From an uncultured Acidimicrobiales bacterium (GTDB lineage Bacteria; Actinomycetota; Acidimicrobiia; Acidimicrobiales; CALAML01), in NCBI GenBank assembly GCA_937925845.1, contig CALAML010000040.1, positions 1,463 through 65,462 of the forward strand: a stretch of DNA of 64,000 nt, read 5' to 3'. Below are positions 27,773 to 36,854 of the stretch, piece by piece (positions within the stretch are counted from its first letter, which is position 1; every line of letters starts with the position of its first letter). Under the pieces are notes generated by a model that saw nothing but the letters and a program-made list of their open reading frames with translations, made no database searches and was not told the DNA's origin. The position numbers and the translations under genes are program-made.

Positions 27773-27813
27773 TATGGAGAAGTCCGCAACCCCATGTGGA
27801 GATTCTGTGCAGA
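27773..27813. promoter_or_regulatory. Phased direct repeats, probable response-regulator binding site
   Basis: TATGGAGA (27773), TGTGGAGA (27795) and TGTGCAGA (27806), offsets 0/22/33 bp, just upstream of a TACTCT -10 element. Confidence 0.55.
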
Positions 27814-27830
27814 CCGACCTGTCGAAAAGG

Positions 27831-28298
27831 CTAGTTTCGGAGGTCGGTGGTCAGTTTCTCGCCGGGAGCGGCGGTAATGAAGCACAACGCTTGGCGGTCG
27901 TCGCGGAGCTCGAAGCTCTCTTGCGACGGGTACAGATAGTTCGAGTAGTAGGGCGAGTCCTGGTAGGCCTCACCGGTGAAGTTTTCGAACTCGCGCAGGC
28001 AGATCTGGTCGGCCTCGGCGATCACCGCATCTTCGTCGTAGGGCGGCGAAAGAACCATGTCGGTCGAGTAGAACGCCTGAGCATCGTGAGGCTCGTTACA
28101 CGGAACCGCTTCAAAGGACTGGATCAGATCGGCGTCGGGCATCTGCACACAGTCACCGATCTGCACCGCAAAGGCACCCAGGCCTCCACTTTGCACGATC
28201 TCGCCGCTGTCGTTGCGGGTGGTGTTGTCATCGAGGGCGCCAGCGCCGCCAAAGATAGCGATTCCAGCGACAGCGGCCGCTCCAATGAAGCGTTTCAT
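27831..28298 (-). CDS. Septum_form-like exported Cys-containing protein
   Basis: Signal/TM segment; GDCV..VPCNEPHDAQAF..C..F..YPSQESF..DRQALC pattern. Confidence 0.8.
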   Translation of the reverse strand: MKRFIGAAAVAGIAIFGGAGALDDNTTRNDSGEIVQSGGLGAFAVQIGDCVQMPDADLIQSFEAVPCNEPHDAQAFYSTDMVLSPPYDEDAVIAEADQICLREFENFTGEAYQDSPYYSNYLYPSQESFELRDDRQALCFITAAPGEKLTTDLRN

Positions 28299-28548
28299 AG
28301 TGAGTTCCTAATACGGCCAGGCAGGGTGGCCGGGAGATGGGCGGGCAGGGTGAAGAACTGTCAAGCCCCAAAAACATCGACACAATCAGGTGTCGTCTTC
28401 TTGGGTCATTTTCCCAACCGGGCTAACCCAGCGCCCGGCCTCAAGATCGGTGACAGAATTGGCTATCCAAACCACTGCCCGGCCACACTGCCGGGCCAGA
28501 CATCGCCCGGTCAGCGAACCGCGGTGAACTGCACAGAGGAGCGACGAG

Positions 28549-29046
28549 ATGCCAAACGAAGCCGAGTCAACCGACCAACTGGTGGAACAGGCTTGGGAGA
28601 CTCCGTCGCACAGCGAAATCGTTGAGCTGACCAAAGCCCATGTCGATGCCATGGACCAGATGGATGACGACATCGTCTGGGTTCAGGCCGGAATGCACCA
28701 TGTGCAGATCACCACGGTTGGCCGAAAGAGTGGCAAGGAGCATCGGGTAGCGCTCCCAACATGGAACGACCGGGCCGGCCACCGCATCGTGGTGGCCTCG
28801 TTCGCCGGAGCCGAGAAGCATCCCTCCTGGTTTCTCAACCTTCGCGACCGGGAGCCTGGAGCCATGATCCGGTGCAAGGTTCAGAGCGGAGCCTTTCTGT
28901 CTGCGGCCGAGGTGCTTGAGGGGGAAGAACGCGACCAGGTCTGGGAGCAGCTCTGCGCCGATCGAGCCTGGTATCGCGATTACCAGGCCAAGACCGACCG
29001 CAAGATCCCCCTGGTCCGGCTGCCGGAAACCGAAGCAATCGACTGA
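28549..29046 (+). CDS. F420H2-dependent nitroreductase/quinone reductase (Ddn family)
   Basis: TTVGRKSG, VASFAGAEKHPSWFLNL, YQAKTDRKIPLVRL; GAGGAG SD. Confidence 0.88.
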   Translation: MPNEAESTDQLVEQAWETPSHSEIVELTKAHVDAMDQMDDDIVWVQAGMHHVQITTVGRKSGKEHRVALPTWNDRAGHRIVVASFAGAEKHPSWFLNLRDREPGAMIRCKVQSGAFLSAAEVLEGEERDQVWEQLCADRAWYRDYQAKTDRKIPLVRLPETEAID

Positions 29047-29177
29047 CCGTTGCGGTTGATGATGCAGCTCCGCGCACACGCCACGGGAGCAGGTGTGGTG
29101 TTCTTGGGGAGACCGGGGCTTACCCTGAAAGTTGGAGTACCGGGAACAATCCCCAACCCTCGACGGTTAGCGAGCGC

Positions 29178-29474
29178 ATGCAGATCGAAGTGACAGACGA
29201 AGCCCTTGATGTCATCCGTGCCAAGGGAGGTACGGCGGCGATCGACTTCATCCCGCCGGTCGGTTGAGGTAAGACCCGCTACGAGGTGTCGGTCGACACC
29301 AACACAAAAGGTAAGAACCTCTCCCCGTACAAGAAGATCCGCCACGGTGATGTCCGGGTGCTGATCTCGCCCAAGCTCAACGGCATGTCCAACATCACGC
29401 TGACCACCAAAGGTCTGATCAAGAAGCGGGTTCGCGCCAGCATCGAGCGCGACGAAGGCAGCTGCACGGTCTAG
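29178..29474 (+). CDS. Candidate selenoprotein, 98 aa, HesB-like or CC/Se-like (Sec30 from in-frame TGA 29265-29267)
   Basis: MQIEVTDEALDVIRAKGGTAAIDFIPPVG-U-GKTRYEVSVDTN...GSCTV. The 29-codon 5' part is in frame with track ORF 29286..29474; a SECIS-like hairpin follows; selD is in the window. Confidence 0.75.
29285..29300 (+). promoter_or_regulatory. Putative bacterial SECIS element
   Basis: Stem GGTGTC/GACACC with loop GGTC (starts with G); loop begins 23 nt after the UGA. Confidence 0.6.
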
Positions 29475-29557
29475 CACTCGACAGCAGATAGCGGGCCCGG
29501 CCGATCAACGGTCGGCGACCGAACACAAAGAACCAAGCCGGACCCAGTGTCTGCTTC

Positions 29558-30499
29558 TTATCCGCGAGCCTGGCGGAATTTCTCGACGATGGCGGAGAGG
29601 GTGTCGCTGGCTTCTGAGGTTGCCGGATCGGGGATCGGCATCCCCAGGCGCAGATCGGTGACCCCAGCCGCCACCAGTTCCGGGACCGCAGCCATGGTGG
29701 CGTCGATATCGACCCCGTCGTCGGTGCGGACCGCCTTCAACGACCCCTGCACCTCAATATCGGAGGGGTCGCGGTCGTGGCTGGCCACTGCGGCCCGCAT
29801 CCGCTCGATGCCGGTGGCGATATCGGCGGCATCGGGTCCCCACGGGATCCACCCGTGACCAAAGCGGGCCAGGCGCTTCATCGCTCTCGGGTTGGTGGTG
29901 CCGCTCACCCAAATCGGAACACCTCCAGGCTGGCTGGGCTTCGGCTGCTGGTGGATGTTGGTGAAGGCCAGTTCGTTGCTTGAATAGCTGGCCGAGTCAT
30001 TGCTCCAAAGCGCCTGACACACCTCGAGGGAGTGATCGAGCAGACGGCCGCGACCGGCGAACTCCAAACCGGCAGCCTCATACTCCTCGCGTTGCCAGCC
30101 CACCCCAACACCCATGTCGAGCCGCCCCTTCGATAACACATCGATGGTGGAAACCTGACCAGCCAGCACCGCAGGTCGTCGCAGCGCAGCCAGGAGAATG
30201 CTGGTGGCAAAGCGAACCCTGGAGGTCACGGCACTCAGATGGCTGATCGTGGCCAACGGGTCGAGCCAGTGGCCGTCGGGTCCGGTGGGTTGGCGGCCAC
30301 CGGCGGTTCCGCCGACAGTCGGATCACCGTAGGCCTCAAGGTTCTCCCCGAAGACCACGTGATCCGACAACGCCAGGCGGTCGATCCCACACTGATCAGC
30401 CAGCACCGCCTGGGCCACCAGGCGATCCCAGTTCCCAGGGTCCTCAGCGGAGAAGGTATAGAGCGTCAGCGAAAGCAGGGGAGTGCGGGCGTTGCTCAT
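29558..30499 (-). CDS. F420-dependent LLM-class oxidoreductase (Rv2161c-like)
   Basis: LSDHVV, DPLATI, SKGRLDMGVGVGWQREEY, PKPSQPGGVPIWVSG. Confidence 0.88.
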   Translation of the reverse strand: MSNARTPLLSLTLYTFSAEDPGNWDRLVAQAVLADQCGIDRLALSDHVVFGENLEAYGDPTVGGTAGGRQPTGPDGHWLDPLATISHLSAVTSRVRFATSILLAALRRPAVLAGQVSTIDVLSKGRLDMGVGVGWQREEYEAAGLEFAGRGRLLDHSLEVCQALWSNDSASYSSNELAFTNIHQQPKPSQPGGVPIWVSGTTNPRAMKRLARFGHGWIPWGPDAADIATGIERMRAAVASHDRDPSDIEVQGSLKAVRTDDGVDIDATMAAVPELVAAGVTDLRLGMPIPDPATSEASDTLSAIVEKFRQARG

Positions 30500-31539
30500 C
30501 GGTTGCCTTCTTGCGCTTTTTGGTACTCGGCCATGATGGGTTCGAGTTCAGTGGGGGTGGCGCCGTGCATGATCACGGCGTCGCACCCAAGGTCGAGCTG
30601 GTGGCGGACCGCAGCGACACACTCGGCCGGGGTTCCGGTGGCGCTGTTGGCCAACCAGTCTTCGGGAAGCAGTTCGCCAACCTGTTCCAACTCTTCGGTG
30701 GTGGCCACAGCGTCGATGGCACCGCTGAAGGAACCAACGATCTCACTGGCCCGGAAGGCCTCAAGCACCGCCGGATCCCAGTTGTTGGTTTTCACCATCA
30801 GGTCGCCGTAACCCTGAAGGTAGGTGGCCAGTCGGCCCACGGACTTCTTCATCCGCAGGTCGTAGGAGAGATGGTCGCCGAGGGTAGCCAGACACGACCA
30901 CACCCTTACTGAGGCTGGGTCTCGCCCGGCAGCCTCCGCTGCGGTCTTCACCCGCTCGACGGCGCGGCTGGTGGTCTCATCGGTGAAGTAGGTGTGCAGT
31001 ACCACCTCATCAAAGACCCGTCCGCCGAGATCAAGGCTGTTGGGACCAAAGGCGGCGATGTTGGTACGCAGGTACTCATCAAGATCGTTGTCGAGGTGCA
31101 AGACCGGATAGCTCCCGGCCGGGCCGTCGTGGCCAAAGATGGCCTCGCCGCGAAACAGGCGACGCATCACCCCAACAAAATCCTCCATCTGCGCCGTGGT
31201 AACCCGCTCCATGCCAAAGGCGTCCTGCATGCGAGGGATGCCCCGGCCGAGACCGAGGACAAATCGTCCTCCGGTGAGGCTCGACATCGTTCGGGCAAAG
31301 CCGGCGGTCACCATCGGATGACGGGTGTTGTGGTTGGTGACACCGGTGGCGATGGTGATGTTGTCTGAGACCGCGGCCGCCGCTCCACAGAGGGTCGCAG
31401 CTTCCTTCTTGTTGTAGCGCTCCGAAATGAAGGCGGTGCCAAAGCCCATGCGTTCACCGTCACGAACCTCATCGAGGAGGTCACGTGAGCTGTTGGCCTG
31501 GCCAGCCAGTGCGTAGAAGCCGAGCTCGGGGAAGCTCAT
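30496..31539 (-). CDS. F420-dependent LLM-class oxidoreductase (MSMEG_2249-like)
   Basis: ELGFYALAG, FISERYNKKEA, TNHNTRHP, VIMHGATP. Confidence 0.85.
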   Translation of the reverse strand: MSFPELGFYALAGQANSSRDLLDEVRDGERMGFGTAFISERYNKKEAATLCGAAAAVSDNITIATGVTNHNTRHPMVTAGFARTMSSLTGGRFVLGLGRGIPRMQDAFGMERVTTAQMEDFVGVMRRLFRGEAIFGHDGPAGSYPVLHLDNDLDEYLRTNIAAFGPNSLDLGGRVFDEVVLHTYFTDETTSRAVERVKTAAEAAGRDPASVRVWSCLATLGDHLSYDLRMKKSVGRLATYLQGYGDLMVKTNNWDPAVLEAFRASEIVGSFSGAIDAVATTEELEQVGELLPEDWLANSATGTPAECVAAVRHQLDLGCDAVIMHGATPTELEPIMAEYQKAQEGNR

Positions 31540-32834
31540 GAGGCGCTCGCTTCCATCGCGCTGGCAAAGGCGGCGCTGGGAGTGATGGAGATGTGGGACT
31601 CCTTCAGGCCGAACACAAATGCGTTGGGCATCTCCACGTGGGGCTCATCGGGCAACCGTGTTATCGAATCGGCCATCTCCACAAACCGCTCGAAGAAGAG
31701 GCGCAGTTCCAGTCGAGCCAGCGACGCCCCCATGCAGAAGTGGGTGCCGAATCCGAACGAAAGGTGATGGTTGGGATCACGGGTCACATCGAGGGCCTCA
31801 CCGTTTTCGAAGTGAGCCGGGTCCCGATTCGCCGATGCGTAGTTCAGCAACACTTGCTGGCCGGTGCGAATCGTCTCGCCGTGCATCTGTACATCTTCGG
31901 TTGCGGCCCGGGTGAAGTTGTGAATCGGGGTGACAAAACGGATGAACTCCTCAACCGCCACCGTCATGTCGGCGCCGTCTTTCAGTAGCTGCCATTGATC
32001 GGGACGGTCGGCGAGGGCGAGGAGCATTCGGGCGATCACCGTGCGAGTGGTTTCGGCGCCACCATCCAGCAGCAGCAGACAGTCGGAGATGATCTGATCC
32101 AAGCCAAAGGGCTCGTCGCCCACCTCACCCCCGGTCTCGGATTCCACCTCGATCCACCGCGACATCACGTCCTCGGCCGGACAGCCCTGCTTCTCGGTGT
32201 ACAGCTCCGCTGCAGCCACGGCGAAGTCCATGGCCGCAGTGATCCCTTCCTCGTTGTGGTAGCGAGGGCCGCCCCCAAGGGCGATTGTGGCCTCCGACCA
32301 GTGCTGGAGTTTGGGCCATGCGTCTTCGGGGAAGCCGAGCAGCAGACCGATCATCTGGGCCGGCAGGGGAGCGGCGAGGTCTCCAACCACCTCGGCCCGA
32401 CCCTTGGCCACCGCGGCCATCACCAGCTTGTCGACCGCTTCGCCGATGTGGTCTTCCCACTGCGTCACCGCCCGAGGGGTGAAGCGCCGCGACACCAGGT
32501 TGCGACGGGCCACATGAGTGGGGTCATCCAGGCCGATGATCGACGCGTCGGCAGAGATCTTGGGTCGATAGCCGTTTGCGTCCTGGCCCGAGTTGATAAA
32601 TACCCGCTTGTTCTTTTCGATGGCCACGATGTCGTCGTAGCGACTGACACACCACAGCTCGTTGATGTCGTCCCAAAAGACCGGCGCGTTCTGTCGCAGC
32701 CAGGCGTAGCGGGAGTAGGGGTCGTTCACGTAGAAGTCGCCATCAAGGATGTCGAGCGGCCGGGGGTCGATCGGGGTGATGGTTTCCGGCGCTGGTCGTG
32801 CGGTACCGGCTTCAGCATCGTTGTTGTTTTGCAT
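31536..32834 (-). CDS. Cytochrome P450 (CYP142/CYP125-like)
   Basis: Heme motif FGFGTHFCMG, EEFIR (ExxR), I-helix GGAETT, DDPTH..RR. Confidence 0.93.
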   Translation of the reverse strand: MQNNNDAEAGTARPAPETITPIDPRPLDILDGDFYVNDPYSRYAWLRQNAPVFWDDINELWCVSRYDDIVAIEKNKRVFINSGQDANGYRPKISADASIIGLDDPTHVARRNLVSRRFTPRAVTQWEDHIGEAVDKLVMAAVAKGRAEVVGDLAAPLPAQMIGLLLGFPEDAWPKLQHWSEATIALGGGPRYHNEEGITAAMDFAVAAAELYTEKQGCPAEDVMSRWIEVESETGGEVGDEPFGLDQIISDCLLLLDGGAETTRTVIARMLLALADRPDQWQLLKDGADMTVAVEEFIRFVTPIHNFTRAATEDVQMHGETIRTGQQVLLNYASANRDPAHFENGEALDVTRDPNHHLSFGFGTHFCMGASLARLELRLFFERFVEMADSITRLPDEPHVEMPNAFVFGLKESHISITPSAAFASAMEASAS

Positions 32835-33039
32835 GGCTCCGAAAGGTGTCGATTCGTTCAGACCGATTCGTCGTTGGGGCGAGCTGACGGCCCGGCTTCG
32901 CTTCTGTCCCATCATGTCCCATAACTCGCCCCGGTGTCGTTGTAACCACCACTCGTTTTTCCATGCCTGACCGTTGCGGGTTCGTCCGGTGCACCCTTTC
33001 GACTGAGAACCCTCCTATCAGTGCGATAGATTGGTAGAC

Positions 33040-33822
33040 GTGCTAGCCGTACTTTCCCCCGCAAAGTCACTCGACTACGAAACCCCGCTCGCAACCAAGA
33101 AGTTCAGCGAGCCGGTGCTGGTCGACCATGCCGCCGAGTTGGTCGATGTGATGCGCACCAAAACACCCGCCGACCTTTCGTCGATGATGTCGATCTCCGA
33201 TGACCTGGCCACGCTCAACCATGAGCGGTTTGTGGACTGGGAACTGCCCCTCACTCGAGAGAACGCCCGGCCGGCGCTGCTGGCTTTCGCAGGCGATGTC
33301 TACCGGGGGATGGATGCGCCGGCCAGCTTCAGCGAACGCGACTTCACCCATGCCCAAAAGACGATCCGGGTGCTCTCCGGTCTCTACGGCGTGCTCCGCC
33401 CGCTCGATCTCATGGCTCCCTACCGGCTTGAGATGGGCACCAAACTCAAAACCGATCGTGGCCGCACCCTCTATGACTTCTGGGGCAGCGAGATCACCGA
33501 CCAACTGAATGCAGATATTGATGCCAGCCCGGGTACCGCGTGCCTGGTGAACCTGGCCTCGAACGAGTACTTCAACTCGGTCCAGCCTGCTGGCATCGAA
33601 GCGCCTATCGTTTCGCCGGTTTTCCTCGACGAAAAGAACGGCGACTACAAGATCATTAGCTTCTTTGCCAAAGCAGCAAGGGGAGCGATGGCCGGTTGGA
33701 TGGTGCAGGAGCGCATCAAGTCGATCAAGGGCCTCAACGGCTTCGACCGGATGGGTTACCGCTACGACAAAGAGCGTTCTAACCCCAGCCAACCAGTCTT
33801 CGTGCGCCCCGAAGCCAGGTAG
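33040..33822 (+). CDS. yaaA: Peroxide stress protein YaaA (DUF328)
   Basis: LSPAKSLD, FAGDVY, LSGLYGVLRPLD..PYRLEMG, NLASNEY, AKAARG. Confidence 0.93.
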   Translation: MLAVLSPAKSLDYETPLATKKFSEPVLVDHAAELVDVMRTKTPADLSSMMSISDDLATLNHERFVDWELPLTRENARPALLAFAGDVYRGMDAPASFSERDFTHAQKTIRVLSGLYGVLRPLDLMAPYRLEMGTKLKTDRGRTLYDFWGSEITDQLNADIDASPGTACLVNLASNEYFNSVQPAGIEAPIVSPVFLDEKNGDYKIISFFAKAARGAMAGWMVQERIKSIKGLNGFDRMGYRYDKERSNPSQPVFVRPEAR

Positions 33823-33934
33823 AGCAGTCTCCGAGGAGACTTCTCGACTCCGGAACGATCGATCCGCCTCGCCTTAGCACGGGCCGGGTGGCTGCTCCGA
33901 CCCCGGGAATCCGCTGATCTTTTTCGAGTTTCGA

Positions 33935-33960
33935 CTCAAAGATGGGTCGACCGAGCCGAC
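33935..33960 (+). promoter_or_regulatory. Putative sigma28 (FliA/WhiG)-type promoter
   Basis: CTCA-N16-GCCGAC, about 25 bp upstream of the ATG (GAGGAG SD). Confidence 0.5.
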
Positions 33961-33984
33961 AGACCGCTCCATGAGGAGCGCGAA

Positions 33985-34311
33985 ATGACCCTGATCCGAG
34001 CCACCTGCCCTGACTGTTCCGACGTCCAGCTCACCACCGAGGAGGTGCAGCTCCGAGTCTGCACCGATACGAGCGACCGTCGATACGTCTATGAATGCCC
34101 GAACTGTTTCACTCCGCGGAGCGCAGCCATCGACGCCGCCGGCGCCGAACTGCTGGTGCAAGCCGGAGTCGAGCTGATCTGGTGGAAGCTGCCCGACGAA
34201 CTGGGAGAAACCAAGGCGGGCCCGGCACTCAACCACGACGACCTGCTCGCATTTCACGACTTCCTCGACGACGACGAATCCATCAGCGCCGCCCTCGACA
34301 CCATCCGCTGA
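33985..34311 (+). CDS. Small Zn-ribbon hypothetical protein
   Basis: CPDC...CPNC; C-terminal GPAL..DDLLAFH; strong SD. Confidence 0.75.
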   Translation: MTLIRATCPDCSDVQLTTEEVQLRVCTDTSDRRYVYECPNCFTPRSAAIDAAGAELLVQAGVELIWWKLPDELGETKAGPALNHDDLLAFHDFLDDDESISAALDTIR

Positions 34312-34340
34312 TCATAAGATCCAGTCGCTGGGTATGGAGC

Positions 34341-34367
34341 TGCAACAGGTGTCAGACACCCGTTGCA
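34341..34367. repeat. Palindrome tgcaacaggtgtc-a-gacacccgttgca (family B-like, possible terminator)
   Basis: 13-bp near-perfect inverted repeat downstream of the Zn-ribbon gene. Confidence 0.5.
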
Positions 34368-34546
34368 GGCTTTTCGTTTGAGAAGGCCGGTCTGAGGTGA
34401 GGGACCGGTACTGGTGGTGCTTGCATCAATTTGCAAGACGGCAAAGTCAACGTCCATGATCCGAGCCTCTGGCACGGTGACGATGGGTGGAGATGGGTCA
34501 GTCAGCCCCACATGACGGCACAGCGATTGGTCCGCTGCGGGCGGCG

Positions 34547-35446
34547 ATGGCGAGCCTTATCAACCTGCGGCTGCGTCGAGCCCATACCGACGAACGCCAC
34601 GACCTGGTTGAGCGCTACTCGGCCGCGGTTGGAGTCGACACCGTTTTGTCGAGCGCCATCGCTCAGTTCCACACTTTCGCCATCCCCAAAATCTCCGCTC
34701 TACTGCACCAGACCCGACAATACGAAGACGATGGACCCCGCCGTCTCGACGACACCAAAGGGCTGATGGGCGCGGCGCTTGGAGCCGGACCGGACGCACC
34801 TGACGGCCAAGCCGCCATCGCCCAGATCAATCGCATCCACTCCCAGTACCGGATCGACAACGACGAATACCTGTATGTGTTGTCGACCTTCGCCTTCGGG
34901 TCGCAGCACTGGACCGACAACTACGCATGGCGGGCCGCCACCCGCGATGAGGAAGTAGTGCTCTACCGACGCCTGGTGGACGTGGGCCGGGCCATGGGGA
35001 TCCACGATGTGCCTGACGATGCCGAAGAACTCCGGACCTGGGTAGACGACTACCTCGTCGCCAACCGCCGCTACCACCCCGACAACCATGCCGTGGCCGA
35101 AGGGTTGATGCGTGCCGCCGAGTCGCTGGTGCCGGCGCCGATCCGTCCGTTTGTGTCGCCGACGATGCGGGTGTGGATCGGCGAACCGGAACTGCTGGCG
35201 GCCCTTGGTTACCAGGCGCCGCCGGCGGCGTATGTGGGTCTGGTGACCACGGCCATGAAGCTACGCCGAGGCTTCTGCCGGCGCTTTACGGCAATGAACG
35301 GCCGGACGTTCACCGAATTGTTCCTGGCCACATCGTTGGCGACACGACCCGACGGCTTCACCTCGTTCTCTGAGCTCGGACCGCCGGCGCTGTTGGCCAA
35401 GTTTGCCCGACAGGACGCCGAGACGAATGTTGAACCTACTGAGTGA
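34547..35446 (+). CDS. MpaB/DUF2236-type oxygenase family protein
   Basis: TFAIPKISALL..T, RRLDDT, INRIHSQY.IDNDEYLYVLSTF, VGRAMGI. Confidence 0.82.
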   Translation: MASLINLRLRRAHTDERHDLVERYSAAVGVDTVLSSAIAQFHTFAIPKISALLHQTRQYEDDGPRRLDDTKGLMGAALGAGPDAPDGQAAIAQINRIHSQYRIDNDEYLYVLSTFAFGSQHWTDNYAWRAATRDEEVVLYRRLVDVGRAMGIHDVPDDAEELRTWVDDYLVANRRYHPDNHAVAEGLMRAAESLVPAPIRPFVSPTMRVWIGEPELLAALGYQAPPAAYVGLVTTAMKLRRGFCRRFTAMNGRTFTELFLATSLATRPDGFTSFSELGPPALLAKFARQDAETNVEPTE

Positions 35447-36740
35447 GCAGGGTGATGCTGGTCAGCGACACTGCGGCGACCACGACCCAGGCCACCAATC
35501 CCAACAGGATCGGTTTGGGGCCCAGGCTCCGGAGCCGTTTGATCTGAACGCCGGAACCGAGGCCGACGAGGGCGGCGGTCAAGGCCACGCCCTCGATGGT
35601 CTTTACGCCGTCGATCACCCCGGTCGGAACCAGGCCGGTGGTACGGAGCAGAACCATAGCGAGAAAGCCGAGCACAAACGGCGGCAGCAGCGGCGGTGGA
35701 GATGCCGGTCCATCTTCCGCCGCCGGGGTGCGCACACCGTTGAGGACCAAGCCGTCGAGTTGCTGCCCCGGCTCTGAGGCGGTGGCCACAGCAGTATCCG
35801 GGGAAGGAGCCGTGGTCGCCGTGGTCGCATCGTCGGGACTGACAGCCGAAGGCAGTGTCGACTGGGCCAGGATGCGACGCCGTCGATTCAGGTTTACCCC
35901 GGCGACGATCGGGGCGAGCAGCACCACGCGACTGAGCTTCACCACGACGGCAACGGCAAGAACGCTCGAGCCTCCGGCGGCTCCGGTGGCCACCACCTGG
36001 GCCACGTCATGCACGCTGGCTCCAACCCAGATCCCGTTGGCCTGATCGCTCAGGCCCAAAAGGCCAGCCAGAGCGGGAAGCACCACGATGGCCAAGGAAC
36101 CGAAGACCGTCACGAGGCCAATCGACATGGCCACCTCTTCCTCCTCAGCATCGGTGGCCCCCTCCACCGCGGCGATAGCGCTGGCGCCACAGATCGAGTA
36201 GCCAGTGGCGACCAGCAACGAGAGGTCGCGGGAAAGCCCCATGCGACGCCCGAGCCACTGGGTACCGAAGAAGGTCACCCCAACCGTCGTCAGCACAACC
36301 AGCAGTGTGGGCACACCCAGCGCCATGACCTGGCTGAGCGAGAGCCGTAGGCCAAGGAGCACGATGCCAAGCCGGAGGATCGACTTGGCGGCGAACGTAA
36401 GACCAGGTCGAGTGCGGTCGGTCACGCCCCCGAAATTTCCGACTACGGCGCCCAACACCACGCCGATCGTGAGCGCCGAAACGGTAGGCCAGAGGGTCGA
36501 GAGGGCGAGGGCGGCGCCGGTGAGAGCAGCCACGAGTCCCAAGCCAGGCAAGAGCGTCCGCCATCGCGAGGGACCGGGCGGCTGAGCACCGAGGTTGGTT
36601 GTGTCGGCCGTAGCTGTCGCTCTGGGCGCGGAGAGCGTCGCAGCCACCGGTATCGAGGTCCCGAAGTCAGAGTCGCTGGAAGGATCTGTCGTCGGCGACG
36701 ACCAGTTTCCATCAGCGTTGGTTGCGGTGCGCGGGGCCAT
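35436..36740 (-). CDS. YeiH family (putative sulfate/sulfite exporter) membrane protein
   Basis: LRLGIVLLG, GYSICGASAIAA, GASVHDVAQVV, KLSRVVLL; about 10 TM segments. Confidence 0.9.
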   Translation of the reverse strand: MAPRTATNADGNWSSPTTDPSSDSDFGTSIPVAATLSAPRATATADTTNLGAQPPGPSRWRTLLPGLGLVAALTGAALALSTLWPTVSALTIGVVLGAVVGNFGGVTDRTRPGLTFAAKSILRLGIVLLGLRLSLSQVMALGVPTLLVVLTTVGVTFFGTQWLGRRMGLSRDLSLLVATGYSICGASAIAAVEGATDAEEEEVAMSIGLVTVFGSLAIVVLPALAGLLGLSDQANGIWVGASVHDVAQVVATGAAGGSSVLAVAVVVKLSRVVLLAPIVAGVNLNRRRRILAQSTLPSAVSPDDATTATTAPSPDTAVATASEPGQQLDGLVLNGVRTPAAEDGPASPPPLLPPFVLGFLAMVLLRTTGLVPTGVIDGVKTIEGVALTAALVGLGSGVQIKRLRSLGPKPILLGLVAWVVVAAVSLTSITLLTQ

Positions 36741-36796
36741 AGTTGGAGTGTGTCGACACGATGATCGTGGCGGTAGAGGGGCTTTGTCGCGAACGT

Positions 36797-36835
36797 CATA
36801 GACCCGGTCTATGGCGGGTTATTGGTTTGCTCAAT
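36797..36835. promoter_or_regulatory. LysR binding sites (two T-N11-A boxes)
   Basis: Perfect palindrome CATAGACC-c-GGTCTATG (36797-36813) plus ATTG-N7-CAAT (36821-36835) between the divergent YeiH and LysR genes. Confidence 0.7.
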
Positions 36836-36854
36836 GTCCAGTTATGCTGGAGGT

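Noticed and set aside
29044-29194. UGA readthrough at the end of the Ddn gene (and at the Zn-ribbon gene stop, 34309)
   Set aside because: The domains are complete at the stop, the extensions are short or not protein-like, and there is no suitable hairpin.
28980-29477. Track ORFs 28980..29477(-), 29279..29467(-) and stand-alone 29286..29474(+)
   Set aside because: The minus-strand ORFs are shadows; the plus ORF is better explained as the 3' part of the UGA-readthrough gene.
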